Source: a virus
Length of the DNA stretch: 64,000 bases
Strand: one strand, 5' to 3'
IMG/VR virus record: IMGVR_UViG_3300020473_002200
Coordinates: 32,001 to 96,000 of that record
Part shown: positions 21,967-32,033 of the stretch, piece after piece
Numbering within the stretch: the stretch's first letter is position 1
Layout: each line of letters opens with the position of its first letter
Made by a program: the position numbers and the translations under genes
The notes under the pieces: model-generated
Database searches by the model: none
The model's input: the letters and a program-made list of their open reading frames with translations, nothing else
Told to the model about the DNA's origin: nothing

Positions 21967-23316
21967 GTGGCTGTTTTTAAATCTTTGTTGAATAATGATG
22001 TTAAGACTACTAAGTCTATTTTGAATCAGCTGGTAGACATTGTAAGAGAAGATGTCTCAGGTTCAAATTCCAGAAAAAGTTACGAGGTTTTCGTAACATC
22101 TAGTTACGGCCCTGGCGTAACGTCTTCTTTGTATCAAACTGTTTTTGATCAAGACTTTAGTCTTCAAACGTCTAACAGTCTTTTCGATATTACTTTTGGC
22201 TTTTATCCTGAGTCGACCGAAGCCAAGGAGCCTACCACGGCTCCGGGCGCATTTATCACAGAGGATACGGCGGGTAAAAGAAGATATAAGCATACTTCTT
22301 TAATGATGAGAGAAAAGCAGGATATCTATAAGCAGTTTGCGGCAACACTTTTGGGTAATCCCACTGCTGTCTTTAAGGCTCCCTACTCAATGGATACATC
22401 AACAACGGTGGGTAATATCAATGCAGCGCTATTCATAAGTCTTCACAGACTATTTGTACGTGATGGTATAAAGAGGGAAACATTTGCAATGCGAATGAAT
22501 TACCATATAAATAACGCCCTAGGTACCGGAGGGACCTTCACTGATAATTTGTTTCAGATAATGGGTAATACTGAACGAATTTATACTGATTTTGGTTCAT
22601 CAACGAATAGACCTACCGCTGTAGGTGGTGAGGTTGGGAATATTGTTTATGCATCTGATACCAGTCAGGTTGTTGGGCTTATATTCTATGATCACGGCAC
22701 AATAGTTCTGGATGTTGAGAAAGTGTTTTCTAAAACAGACATAGGTCATGGCAAAATAGACGCCATGACAGCTGCTGCGTCTTCTGGCTCTGCTGGTAGC
22801 GTATATAGCGCTGCCGGCGCAATACCAAGAGGTAAAGCCTTGTTCGGTCCTCCGCTTAAGACAGCTGGTGGAGCCCTTACATTCGGTGCAAATGGACCGG
22901 GTGATGCAACAATCCCAGCATCTGCTATTACTGCAGGTGGTACTATGTGGCCATATTTTTGGACGTCTGGTTCAATTGACAATATTGTTGATCACATATG
23001 TGTAACAAGATTTGGTAGTGATGCTGGTACAGCAATTACGTTCCAAAATGCAACAGAGATAAATTCTACGATTTACTTTATTAGAGCGCAACCTGACGAA
23101 TTTAATTATTCTTCTAATCCAACGTACGTAGCTTCGAATGGACAGATTATTGTGACAGACGATTCTGTTAACAGTCTTAGTAAGCCATTCTCGTATATCA
23201 CTACGGTGGGCCTTTATGGCGATTATGATGACTTATTGGCTGTCGCAAAGGTTTCTAGGCCAATAGAAAAGAATGATGAAAAAGATCTAACGATCAGAGT
23301 AAGGTTAGATTTCTAA
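21967..23316 (+). CDS. Baseplate-like structural protein
   Basis: C-terminus EFNYSSNPTY...YITTVGLY...LLAVAKVSRPIEK...IRVRLDF is paralogous to that of 23329..26718. Confidence 0.55.
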   Translation: MAVFKSLLNNDVKTTKSILNQLVDIVREDVSGSNSRKSYEVFVTSSYGPGVTSSLYQTVFDQDFSLQTSNSLFDITFGFYPESTEAKEPTTAPGAFITEDTAGKRRYKHTSLMMREKQDIYKQFAATLLGNPTAVFKAPYSMDTSTTVGNINAALFISLHRLFVRDGIKRETFAMRMNYHINNALGTGGTFTDNLFQIMGNTERIYTDFGSSTNRPTAVGGEVGNIVYASDTSQVVGLIFYDHGTIVLDVEKVFSKTDIGHGKIDAMTAAASSGSAGSVYSAAGAIPRGKALFGPPLKTAGGALTFGANGPGDATIPASAITAGGTMWPYFWTSGSIDNIVDHICVTRFGSDAGTAITFQNATEINSTIYFIRAQPDEFNYSSNPTYVASNGQIIVTDDSVNSLSKPFSYITTVGLYGDYDDLLAVAKVSRPIEKNDEKDLTIRVRLDF

Positions 23317-23328
23317 GAAGGGGATAAA

Positions 23329-26300
23329 ATGGCTCTAATCCCTATTCTACCCGAGGACATAAAAGTCAGTTCGGTGAAGGTTCATCCGAATCAGCATTTT
23401 GTTTCGTCTTCTAACGGCGGAATCAAAGGCGACATATTTTTGTTTGCTGAGAGAAGTCAAACCTTAAAAGAAATTACAAGCGAATTAGAAGAATATACTT
23501 TTGATATTAAGTCAACACTTTCCGTAGATGATGCAGGATTGACAATAAGGAAAGATCAAAAAAGGTCTAGACACGATATATCTGGGCTTGTTGATAACTA
23601 CTTTATAAATCTAGGAAAACTAGCTGGCTCTCTTGATAATACCAAAAAACTAATAGTCTATCGTTTTGACATGCCTCATCGCTTTAATGCGAACACAATA
23701 AGAAAATCTGTTTTCATTAAAAATTTGTTACCCTTTTACCAAGGTGAGTATGAAAGACCAATGTCATTTGGGTTTTCAAATTATCATAGCTTAAATTTCT
23801 TTACTTCTTCTGCTGCATTTCCCTCAAACGTTCCTAGCAATACTGCTCTAATTTATCCAATACCCAGTAGTGGTAGCAAACCATCTAGGTATTATCCATC
23901 TGGATCATTTAGCTTTGAATTCTACGTGAACCCTAGATACACTACAGATACGGCGAGCGATGCATATACTCCTGGGACTATAATGCACTTACCGAACTGT
24001 TACGCAGTATCGCTTGTGTCTGGATCTCATAAAGATGAGCTAGGTCGCCCAAGATCATTTAGATTAATGTTACAATTAGGAGATCATTCTGCACTTCCAC
24101 CGTCTAAAGTTTATGTCGATCCAAAAGATGCCGCAACGGGTAGCATCTCTACAAGAACATTCATTTCTGCAGACGGATTTTTGGAGAAGGATAGGTGGAG
24201 CTATTGTGCGATTAGATGGGGTGGCCCAACTCAAAATGATTATACTGGAAGCTTTTATATAAATGGTCAAAACGCAGGTAACTTTGTAATTCCAGATACT
24301 GATCTATCGTTTGGCCGTACGGTATTTACAGACGCAAACGACATCCCTTCAGCTTTGCTAATAGGAAATAGGTATAGAGCAAGTAATAATCTAAGCGTAG
24401 ATGATGATGATTTAATCACAGTCGTAGATGGTGCTTCTTATACTCCTGCTGTGCCCAATACCCATGCTTCTGGAAGTTTTAAAATAACATTAACACCAAC
24501 AGCAAACCCAAGTAATAAGATAACCAGAGAAATATTATTTCAAGCGCCAACAGGTAGCGTACCAACAGATATGGTCGCTCTTAATAACAGTTATACACCA
24601 GCCAATAATGTAACAAATTTAAAAAATGCGATTGTTGGTGCAGCAGTAGATCGCACAGGGGATTCTGGTTCAGCAGCAATGGCTACAATAATCTTTACTA
24701 ACGAATTAGCAGCAAATAGTTCTATAACAATTATTAATTCTGCAAATGTTAGCAAGACCTATACAGCTGTTAACGATGGGTCCTCAAATTATAACGATGC
24801 CTCCGGCTCTAAATTTAAGCGTGGAAGTGCTAGTGGAACTGCTTCAGCCAAGGCTGCTATTGCGGCCCAAAGCCTGAAGGAGGCTATAAATGCAGCAGCT
24901 AATAGTTCAGGTGGCGGTCATGGTGGAACTATAGTCGCGACAAGCGCGGCTGGTAGAGTAAATTTAGTTCAAGCGACAAAAGGCATTGGCGGAAATAAAA
25001 ATATTACAACTTCTCCATCTTCAATTACAAATGCAACAGTACCATCTGCATTCACGGGCGGTGTTACTATAATGAATCCTGCTTTAACGGGGTTATCTGC
25101 GCAAATAATAGGTAATGATATTAATCTTACTTATGGCGCCGGTCGAATAGACATTTTTGCATCAAGCTCAGTTCAGATTCCAACGCTGCAAAAGGCTTCG
25201 GAAAGTCATGGTAACTTTCTAACTAGTCTATTTAAGCCATCTTCGCAAAACCCTGTTTACGGTAATTCAAATTCTAGAGCTGCTAAGACTGGGTTTCTTT
25301 TTGATTCTGGATCAGCTGAGACTTTTGGGACCGTAAATTTATTGGGCGACATTACCGATGATGAAAATCTTACCCACTCTTTAGATTCACCTCTTAATGC
25401 AGAGTTGCAGGATATTAGGATTTTTAGTAGGTGGAGAACAGATAGCGAAATTAAGTCGACTGCAGAGACTGGATATTATGATTTTGGTGATAAGCATTTC
25501 TTGTTTTATCTTCCACCCTATTTTGTGCCATCGAGTTCTGTGCGCCAAATGTTGAAAACAGTAACTCAAACGCATTATTCGAGTAGTCATACGCCGTTTA
25601 ATCTTGATCTTTCATTTGGCCAGGGCGGTCGATTATTGAATTTAGAAAATTTTACTTATGATTTAGTAACCGGTACTCAAGCACGTTGCTATAATTTATC
25701 AGCGACCCCTCCTTCTGGGACATGGTCTGATTTTTCTGCTGATGATTTTGACTTTATGCCTGCAAGCGACGCAATTTTACTTAAGCCAGAAAATAGAAAA
25801 AGAAATTTAACAATATTACCAAGCGATCTGGGCCAGCTGAAACCAGGCCTCAGCTTCCTTGATGCTCAAGTGTCTAAAATAACAAATAAGCAATCTGATT
25901 TATTTTTCGTAAATGATCAAAAGCAGCCTGCAAAGGGTATGGTAACACTTAGGGACATGATTTCTATGGGCGCTCAATATAACGAACTTGTTTCTTTTGA
26001 CGAAGAAACTGGAAATATTGACTCTATGGTGGATAGTTTATTCCCAAGTATAGAGGTTGCAATTCCAGTAGACATGGACAAAGACGGTACAGCAGACTTT
26101 AAAGAAATTGCTCACTCTAAAGCGTATGGTCAACAAAGCGCAATCGGGTTAACTGTGCTAAATAGGACCCGCGATGTAAACTCAAGTGAAATTATGTTTT
26201 TGGATATATCTAATATATTCTACGGGGATATGATCAAGCGTGAATCATTTGTTATGCATGATCCATATGTCACTGGGTCTGCAGGTAAGATCAAACTAAC

Positions 26301-26718
26301 ATTTAGGGATAACGGTACCGGTGGTCTATATAGGTGTGACGCTTCTGGTAGTCATCCGACATGGTCTTCTGCTGGAATTATTCTTTATGAAGAGGGTATC
26401 GCGTGCCTAACAAATCCGACAATCCCAGCGTTTGGAGCTCAGCAATTTACAACAACCTTTAAGGGTGATAGAAATTTGCACATTTTGGAAATGAGGGTTC
26501 CAATTGATGCGGAAGAAGCTAAGATTTCTTCAAACCCGACGTACAAAAAATTGTCCCCCACTGATTTACCTTCTGATCGTGAAATTGGGTGTAACTTTAT
26601 TACAAACATGTTCATACATGATGAAAACCTCAACGTAATAGGTAAAGTGAATCTTTCTAGGCCAATAGTCAGAAAAGACGAAGATAGATATGTATTTAAG
26701 TTTAAGATGGACTTCTAA
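23329..26718 (+). CDS. Baseplate-like protein with an interrupted LamG-like domain and inserted modules, 1129 aa
   Basis: FSFEFYVNP...RWSYCAIRW...FYING...LLIGN, then ~370 aa of insertions, then LNAELQDIRIF; C-terminus paralogous to the 21967 protein. Confidence 0.55.
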   Translation: MALIPILPEDIKVSSVKVHPNQHFVSSSNGGIKGDIFLFAERSQTLKEITSELEEYTFDIKSTLSVDDAGLTIRKDQKRSRHDISGLVDNYFINLGKLAGSLDNTKKLIVYRFDMPHRFNANTIRKSVFIKNLLPFYQGEYERPMSFGFSNYHSLNFFTSSAAFPSNVPSNTALIYPIPSSGSKPSRYYPSGSFSFEFYVNPRYTTDTASDAYTPGTIMHLPNCYAVSLVSGSHKDELGRPRSFRLMLQLGDHSALPPSKVYVDPKDAATGSISTRTFISADGFLEKDRWSYCAIRWGGPTQNDYTGSFYINGQNAGNFVIPDTDLSFGRTVFTDANDIPSALLIGNRYRASNNLSVDDDDLITVVDGASYTPAVPNTHASGSFKITLTPTANPSNKITREILFQAPTGSVPTDMVALNNSYTPANNVTNLKNAIVGAAVDRTGDSGSAAMATIIFTNELAANSSITIINSANVSKTYTAVNDGSSNYNDASGSKFKRGSASGTASAKAAIAAQSLKEAINAAANSSGGGHGGTIVATSAAGRVNLVQATKGIGGNKNITTSPSSITNATVPSAFTGGVTIMNPALTGLSAQIIGNDINLTYGAGRIDIFASSSVQIPTLQKASESHGNFLTSLFKPSSQNPVYGNSNSRAAKTGFLFDSGSAETFGTVNLLGDITDDENLTHSLDSPLNAELQDIRIFSRWRTDSEIKSTAETGYYDFGDKHFLFYLPPYFVPSSSVRQMLKTVTQTHYSSSHTPFNLDLSFGQGGRLLNLENFTYDLVTGTQARCYNLSATPPSGTWSDFSADDFDFMPASDAILLKPENRKRNLTILPSDLGQLKPGLSFLDAQVSKITNKQSDLFFVNDQKQPAKGMVTLRDMISMGAQYNELVSFDEETGNIDSMVDSLFPSIEVAIPVDMDKDGTADFKEIAHSKAYGQQSAIGLTVLNRTRDVNSSEIMFLDISNIFYGDMIKRESFVMHDPYVTGSAGKIKLTFRDNGTGGLYRCDASGSHPTWSSAGIILYEEGIACLTNPTIPAFGAQQFTTTFKGDRNLHILEMRVPIDAEEAKISSNPTYKKLSPTDLPSDREIGCNFITNMFIHDENLNVIGKVNLSRPIVRKDEDRYVFKFKMDF

Positions 26719-26728
26719 TTATTATAAT
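26701..26728 (+). promoter_or_regulatory. Sigma70-like promoter giving a probably leaderless ruvC-like mRNA
   Basis: TTTAAG 26701-26706, 16 nt spacer, perfect TATAAT 26723-26728, ATG at 26734, no SD. Confidence 0.45.
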
Positions 26729-26733
26729 TTTTT

Positions 26734-27297
26734 ATGATTTTAGGGCTTGATATATCTACATCCACTATCGGCCTCTGTGTGGTTAATACCACCGGTGCCG
26801 TAACTCTTTTAAATTTTTTAGACTTATCTAAGGAGAAGTCCTTATTTGGTAAAGCAGCAAAATTTAAAATAGCGCTTCAAAAAATCTACAATGATTACTC
26901 AATAAGCGATATTGTTATAGAGGAAAATCTCCAGGCTTTTAGGCCTGGATTATCCAGCGCTAAGACAATAGTCACATTAGCAAGGTTTAACGGAGTCTGT
27001 ACTTATATCGCTTCTGAGGTTTTTGGCATAAATCCAGAGTTTATGAATGTAAATGCAGCAAGAAAGCTAGTCGGCATAAAGATAAATAGAAAATCTAAGA
27101 AGAGCACTAAAGAGCAGATATTAGAGTTTGTGCAAAATAAAGACTCAAGCCTTCAATGGCCAACAAAGGTTTTAAAAAGCGGCCCCAGAAGAGGAAATGT
27201 AATTCTTGTAAAAGAGTGTTATGATATGGCTGATGCATATATCATCGCACAAAGTGCAGTAATACAGGAAGAACATTGTCAAGAACAGAAAAAATAA
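26734..27297 (+). CDS. RuvC-like Holliday junction resolvase
   Basis: MILGLDISTSTIG, VIEE and DMADA supply the RNase H-fold acidic residues. Confidence 0.8.
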   Translation: MILGLDISTSTIGLCVVNTTGAVTLLNFLDLSKEKSLFGKAAKFKIALQKIYNDYSISDIVIEENLQAFRPGLSSAKTIVTLARFNGVCTYIASEVFGINPEFMNVNAARKLVGIKINRKSKKSTKEQILEFVQNKDSSLQWPTKVLKSGPRRGNVILVKECYDMADAYIIAQSAVIQEEHCQEQKK

Positions 27298-28241
27298 CTT
27301 TTCTCAAAAGAGCATTTTCAAAGATAAGATTGACATCTAATAATGATAATGTAGAAGTTTCGTGCCCAAATAAAAAATGCAAATCATTTAATTCTTCAAA
27401 ACTTAAGCTGGTAATACATCTAGAAACCCAACAATATAACTGCTGGGTTTGTGGAGAGTCTGGTATAGGCGTAAAGAGATTAATTTCGAAATATAAGAAC
27501 TCGCTAATTTCAGAGGCCGCATTAGTATTTAAGGGGTTTTCAAAGTCTAAGGAGGTTGAATCCGAACAAGAGTATCATATAGAGTTGCCAGATGGCTTTA
27601 TTTTACTCGCTGAAGCACGAGGGCACCCAGATCCAGATGTTAAGGCATCTATTAAGTACGCCGAGCTTAGAGGGATGTCTACACGTGATTTATGGTACTT
27701 TAAGATGGGTACTGTTTTAAATGGCAGGTTTAGGAGAAGAGTGATTATTCCTTCGTTCGATGATCAGGGCGATTTGAATTATTTCGTTGCTAGATCTGTA
27801 AGTAATATGTCAAGAATGAAATATATTAATTCCAAAGTTCCAAAAAAGGATGTAATATTTAACGAAATAAATATAGATTGGAAATCTGAGTTAACGCTTG
27901 TTGAGGGCCCATTCGATTTAACAAAGGCTAATGAAAATGCGACTTGCTTACTTGGGTGTACTTTAAAGGAAGACCAGATATTATTTAAAAAGATAGTAAA
28001 GAATAATACTTCGATTTGTCTTGCATTAGATCCGGACGTAATTGATAAATCGCATGAGATTGCTCGCTTATTAACATCTTATGGTATAAGCGTTCGAATT
28101 TTGGATTGTTCTGGCTATGAAGATGTGGGTGCAATGTCGAAAGAAAATTTTTACGAACGCTTACAAGCTGCCAAGCCATTTGGCAGAGATGATAGACTTT
28201 TGGGTTTGATATCATCTATTAGATCTGGATCAATAGTCTAA
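27276..28241 (+). CDS. DNA primase (Zn-binding domain + TOPRIM)
   Basis: CPNKKC...NCWVCG zinc site; RVIIP...YFVAR...KYINS; LVEGPFD and LALDPD TOPRIM motifs. Confidence 0.8.
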   Translation: MSRTEKITFLKRAFSKIRLTSNNDNVEVSCPNKKCKSFNSSKLKLVIHLETQQYNCWVCGESGIGVKRLISKYKNSLISEAALVFKGFSKSKEVESEQEYHIELPDGFILLAEARGHPDPDVKASIKYAELRGMSTRDLWYFKMGTVLNGRFRRRVIIPSFDDQGDLNYFVARSVSNMSRMKYINSKVPKKDVIFNEINIDWKSELTLVEGPFDLTKANENATCLLGCTLKEDQILFKKIVKNNTSICLALDPDVIDKSHEIARLLTSYGISVRILDCSGYEDVGAMSKENFYERLQAAKPFGRDDRLLGLISSIRSGSIV

Positions 28242-28252
28242 GGTATTTTTTA

Positions 28253-31200
28253 ATGGGATTTAAGTGCGCTCACTTTGCTGATATACACTTTCGTGGTCTA
28301 TCACGTCATAACGAGTACAAAGAAGTTTTTAATAGCGTATTCAAAGAGTTGTCGGGCATGGAGCTTGACGCTATTTTTATTGGCGGAGATATTGTACATT
28401 CTAAAACCCAGGGAATATCACCTGAATTAATAGATGTGCTAGTGTGGTGGTTTAAAGGATTGGCAGAAATTGCTCCTGTTCATGTAATATTGGGAAATCA
28501 TGATGGCTTAATATTGAACAAGGATAGACAAGACGCGATTACTCCTATAATCCAAGCGATTGGTGATGATAGAATATTTCTATACAAGGATTCCGGAACA
28601 TATCGTTTAGAGCCACACGGGGTAAGCTGGTGCGTATTTTCATGCTTTGATGAAGAGTCATGGTCAACTGTCAAACCAGACCCAGAGACAATAAATATCG
28701 CCCTTTTCCACGGTCCAGTTCAGGGATCAAAAGTAGACAGTGATTGGGAAATAGACGAGCCAAACCAGATTACTGTGGATTTCTTTAGAGATTTCGACTT
28801 CACTTTTTTAGGTGATATTCATAAGTCTCAATTTTTGGATCATGATAATAGGGTCGCGTATTGTGGTTCAACAATTCAGCAGAATTATGGCGAAGATCTT
28901 GAGAAGGGATTTTTGGTTTGGGATATAGAGGATAAGGATAATTTTTCTACTAAATTTTATCCTGTTAAAAATAGATTTTCTTTTTACACAATTCCATGGG
29001 CTGGAAGCGTTGAAGAGACACTCACTAATATCACTGAAGACATGACATTCGGTCGTTTTCGAATTAGATCAAGTAAAACAATTCCTCAAAGCGAAATAAA
29101 GCAATTATTTAATGAGCTAAAAGAGTCATATAAAGCAGCAGAAGTAGTTTTTAAATGGGATATAGAGGAAAATAAAGACGATATTATAAGCATAGGAGAT
29201 ACGACACTTGATAAGAGTGATCTACTAAATCCTGCTACCCATGTTAAGCTTATGGGCGACTATACTAAGACATTTGTTTTAAGTGACGAAGAAAGAGAAA
29301 TACTAGAGTCAATGACAAAACGAATTGCCTCCGAGGCTGCTCGTGGTGAATCTAGAAAAAATCTTAAATGGTCATTAAGAAGATTAAATTTTGATAATAC
29401 TTTTGGGTATGGCACTGGTAATAAAATCGATTTTGAAAAAATGAATGGAATAACAGGCATTTTTGGTAAAAATAGAACTGGGAAATCTTCAATTCCTGGA
29501 ACAATTATGTACGGCTTATTCAATTCCACAGACCGCGGCGCGATTAAAAATCTTCATGTAATTAATTCTAGAAAAGGGTTTTGTAAGGTTGAGATTGATT
29601 TAAATGTCAATGGTAAACCCTATAGGGTAGAAAGGCAATCAGCAAAGCACACCAGCAGGGCCGGCAAAACATCAGCCTCCACCGCGTTGAATCTTTGGAA
29701 GATTGATGCTGCTGGTAATAAAGTTGAAGACTTAAGTGGCGAACAAAGAAGAGAAACTGAAAAAGATTTAAAGGCGCTTGTTGGTAATGCTGATGATTTT
29801 TTATTGACTTCTCTGGCTAGCCAAGGCTCAATGAACAACTTTATTAAAAATGGAGCGACGGTTAGAAAATCGATTCTTACAAAATTTTTAGATCTTGGTA
29901 TTTTTGATAATATGTTGAATATTGCAAAGAATGAATTTTCTGAATTAAAGGGTTCTATGAAAAGTGCGCCAGATAGAGATTGGGCAACAATTATCAGAAG
30001 TAAAAGACTAGAGCTTGAATCATTGACAAGCGATAGAGATGAAACAGAACAACAATGCAAAAAAGTTAGAGAAGAAATAGACAGTATAAAATTGCTGTTG
30101 GCTACTCATGAAAACTCTGAATCGTTTACAGAGGATGAGATTGAAACGCAAGAACAGCTACTAAAAAAGCTAAAATCGAGAAGCGATATTATGAAGAATA
30201 AAATTATCGCGGTTTCTGATGAAATTTCTGAAATTGAAGGCAGGCTACAAAAAATTGCTGCGCTAAGAGAACAATTTCCAGTTGAGGAGCTAAAAGAAAA
30301 ATTAATACAACAAAAAGAGATTGAAAATAGCCTACAAAATATTCAATACTCTTTAGAGAAAGAAAGAACTTTATTAAAGACGCAGAAAAAACGAGCTAGT
30401 ACGCTGGAGGTTGTTCCTTGTGGAGACGCTTTTCCAACATGTAAATTTATAAAAGACTCTCATATTTCTAAAAAGAAAATACCAGATCAGGAATTACGCG
30501 TAAAAGAAATATCTGATAATTGTTCAGCTATTAAGCGAAATTTAAAAAAAATGTTGGGTGAATCTCTGGAAGAAAAAGTCAAGAAATATGATGATATTCT
30601 TAAAAGCGAGTCTGATCTAAAGCTTGAGCGGGGTAATAGCCTGGTGTCTTTAACTGAGCTTGAGGTTGATGATTCTAATTTATCACAAACGCTTGTAGAA
30701 GAAAAAAAGAAATTGTCTAAAATGAAATTAAATGCGACACAAGGCTCTGAGACAAAAGAGATATCTAGGCTTAAGGGTACGCTAAAGACTCTTACAGGAA
30801 GATCCAACTTTCTAGATGCTGAAAAACTTCGATTAAGCGAAAAAATTGGATTAATTCAACAACAGCTAGTCGATTCCGAAGAAGAAAGACTAAAGTTTGC
30901 AAATATGAAAAAGCAATGGAACGCATATCACGCATTCCTGCAGGCTGTTGATAAAAAAGGAATTCCATTAAAAATAATGAGCGTCCAATTACCCGTAATC
31001 AATTCTGAAATAGAGAAAATTTTGCACGGTGTAGTTGAGTTCACTATAGAAATTGAAGCTGATGATTCGACAAACGCTCTAGACGTTTTTATAAATTATG
31101 GAGATTCTAAAAGGATTATAGAGTGCGCGTCAGGGATGGAAAAAATGTTATCATCACTAGCTATTAGGGTTGCATTAATTAATGTTTCTAATTTACCGAA

Positions 31201-31402
31201 GTCAGACTTACTTATAATTGATGAAGGTTTCGGTAGTTTGGACGAAGGAAATATCGAGGCATGTAGTAGGCTACTGGTTGCATTAAAAAAGTGGTTTAGA
31301 CACATTTTCGTAATATCCCATATTGACGCAATTAAGGATGTTGTAGATAATGTTTTGGATATTAGGAGTAAGGGTAAAAACTCTTTAGTTGTTCATGAGT
31401 AA
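28253..31402 (+). CDS. Fused Mre11/SbcD nuclease - Rad50/SbcC ATPase (T4 gp47-gp46-like), 1049 aa
   Basis: ADIH, GGDIVH, GNHD, LFHG, GDIHK phosphoesterase motifs; Walker A GKNRTGKSS; long coiled coil; ASGME signature, IIDEGFGSLD Walker B/D-loop, ISH switch. Confidence 0.9.
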   Translation: MGFKCAHFADIHFRGLSRHNEYKEVFNSVFKELSGMELDAIFIGGDIVHSKTQGISPELIDVLVWWFKGLAEIAPVHVILGNHDGLILNKDRQDAITPIIQAIGDDRIFLYKDSGTYRLEPHGVSWCVFSCFDEESWSTVKPDPETINIALFHGPVQGSKVDSDWEIDEPNQITVDFFRDFDFTFLGDIHKSQFLDHDNRVAYCGSTIQQNYGEDLEKGFLVWDIEDKDNFSTKFYPVKNRFSFYTIPWAGSVEETLTNITEDMTFGRFRIRSSKTIPQSEIKQLFNELKESYKAAEVVFKWDIEENKDDIISIGDTTLDKSDLLNPATHVKLMGDYTKTFVLSDEEREILESMTKRIASEAARGESRKNLKWSLRRLNFDNTFGYGTGNKIDFEKMNGITGIFGKNRTGKSSIPGTIMYGLFNSTDRGAIKNLHVINSRKGFCKVEIDLNVNGKPYRVERQSAKHTSRAGKTSASTALNLWKIDAAGNKVEDLSGEQRRETEKDLKALVGNADDFLLTSLASQGSMNNFIKNGATVRKSILTKFLDLGIFDNMLNIAKNEFSELKGSMKSAPDRDWATIIRSKRLELESLTSDRDETEQQCKKVREEIDSIKLLLATHENSESFTEDEIETQEQLLKKLKSRSDIMKNKIIAVSDEISEIEGRLQKIAALREQFPVEELKEKLIQQKEIENSLQNIQYSLEKERTLLKTQKKRASTLEVVPCGDAFPTCKFIKDSHISKKKIPDQELRVKEISDNCSAIKRNLKKMLGESLEEKVKKYDDILKSESDLKLERGNSLVSLTELEVDDSNLSQTLVEEKKKLSKMKLNATQGSETKEISRLKGTLKTLTGRSNFLDAEKLRLSEKIGLIQQQLVDSEEERLKFANMKKQWNAYHAFLQAVDKKGIPLKIMSVQLPVINSEIEKILHGVVEFTIEIEADDSTNALDVFINYGDSKRIIECASGMEKMLSSLAIRVALINVSNLPKSDLLIIDEGFGSLDEGNIEACSRLLVALKKWFRHIFVISHIDAIKDVVDNVLDIRSKGKNSLVVHE

Positions 31403-31655
31403 TTTTATTGATATTTATATAAGTGAAAGAAAGAAGCCGGTACCTGTATCTTGTGAGATTTGTGATAATGTGCTACAGTCTCTTGAAGACGCAGTTTGTG
31501 CCTATAATGAAGGTAGTTGTAAAGATTGCTTTATTTCCTTTGTGGAGCCTAATAGAAATATGTTGGGTGAAAATTGGAAACCAAGCAAAAAAGAGATAGA
31601 TGATTGGTTATTAAAAAAGAATGTACAGTTCAAACCTATGTATAAATTCTTTTAG
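31395..31655 (+). CDS. Small Cys-rich (Zn-finger-like) hypothetical protein
   Basis: CEIC...CAYNEGSCKDC; the ATG at 31395 overlaps the upstream stop (ATGAGTAA). Confidence 0.6.
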   Translation: MSNFIDIYISERKKPVPVSCEICDNVLQSLEDAVCAYNEGSCKDCFISFVEPNRNMLGENWKPSKKEIDDWLLKKNVQFKPMYKFF

Positions 31656-31664
31656 GAGAAAAAA

Positions 31665-32033
31665 ATGTTAAGTTCAAATGAAATAAATATCTTGGGGCAG
31701 GTTTTTAATCATAGCTTTGGCTATTCTAGCGAAACAATGAAAGTAACCTCTAGCATCCATGGTGATAGTCTTGTTTTAAAATATGTTGCCGTAATTCAAT
31801 TTGCGAGTGAAGCTTCCATGGAACAGCAAAAAGCCCAATATGAAAAAGAGGCTAATGATTGTATCGCTGATGCGTTAAAGAAGATGAAGGCAGAATTTAG
31901 GGAAAAAGCTGAAAGATCGATTAAGGTTACTGAGGAATCACGAGATGACTCTGTCGAGCTTATAAGCGTTTCTGCTCATACACCTAGAAAGTTGGCGTAT
32001 TATCGAATGAATGTTCATTTGAAAGTCGAATAA
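31665..32033 (+). CDS. Hypothetical protein immediately upstream of terminase
   Basis: AGGAG RBS; its stop abuts the TerL ATG (TAAATG). Confidence 0.7.
   Translation: MLSSNEINILGQVFNHSFGYSSETMKVTSSIHGDSLVLKYVAVIQFASEASMEQQKAQYEKEANDCIADALKKMKAEFREKAERSIKVTEESRDDSVELISVSAHTPRKLAYYRMNVHLKVE

Noticed and set aside
26065-26103. DMDKDGTADF EF-hand-like calcium motif in the 23329 protein
   Set aside because: A single short DxDxDG match can arise by chance and cannot be supported without a structure.
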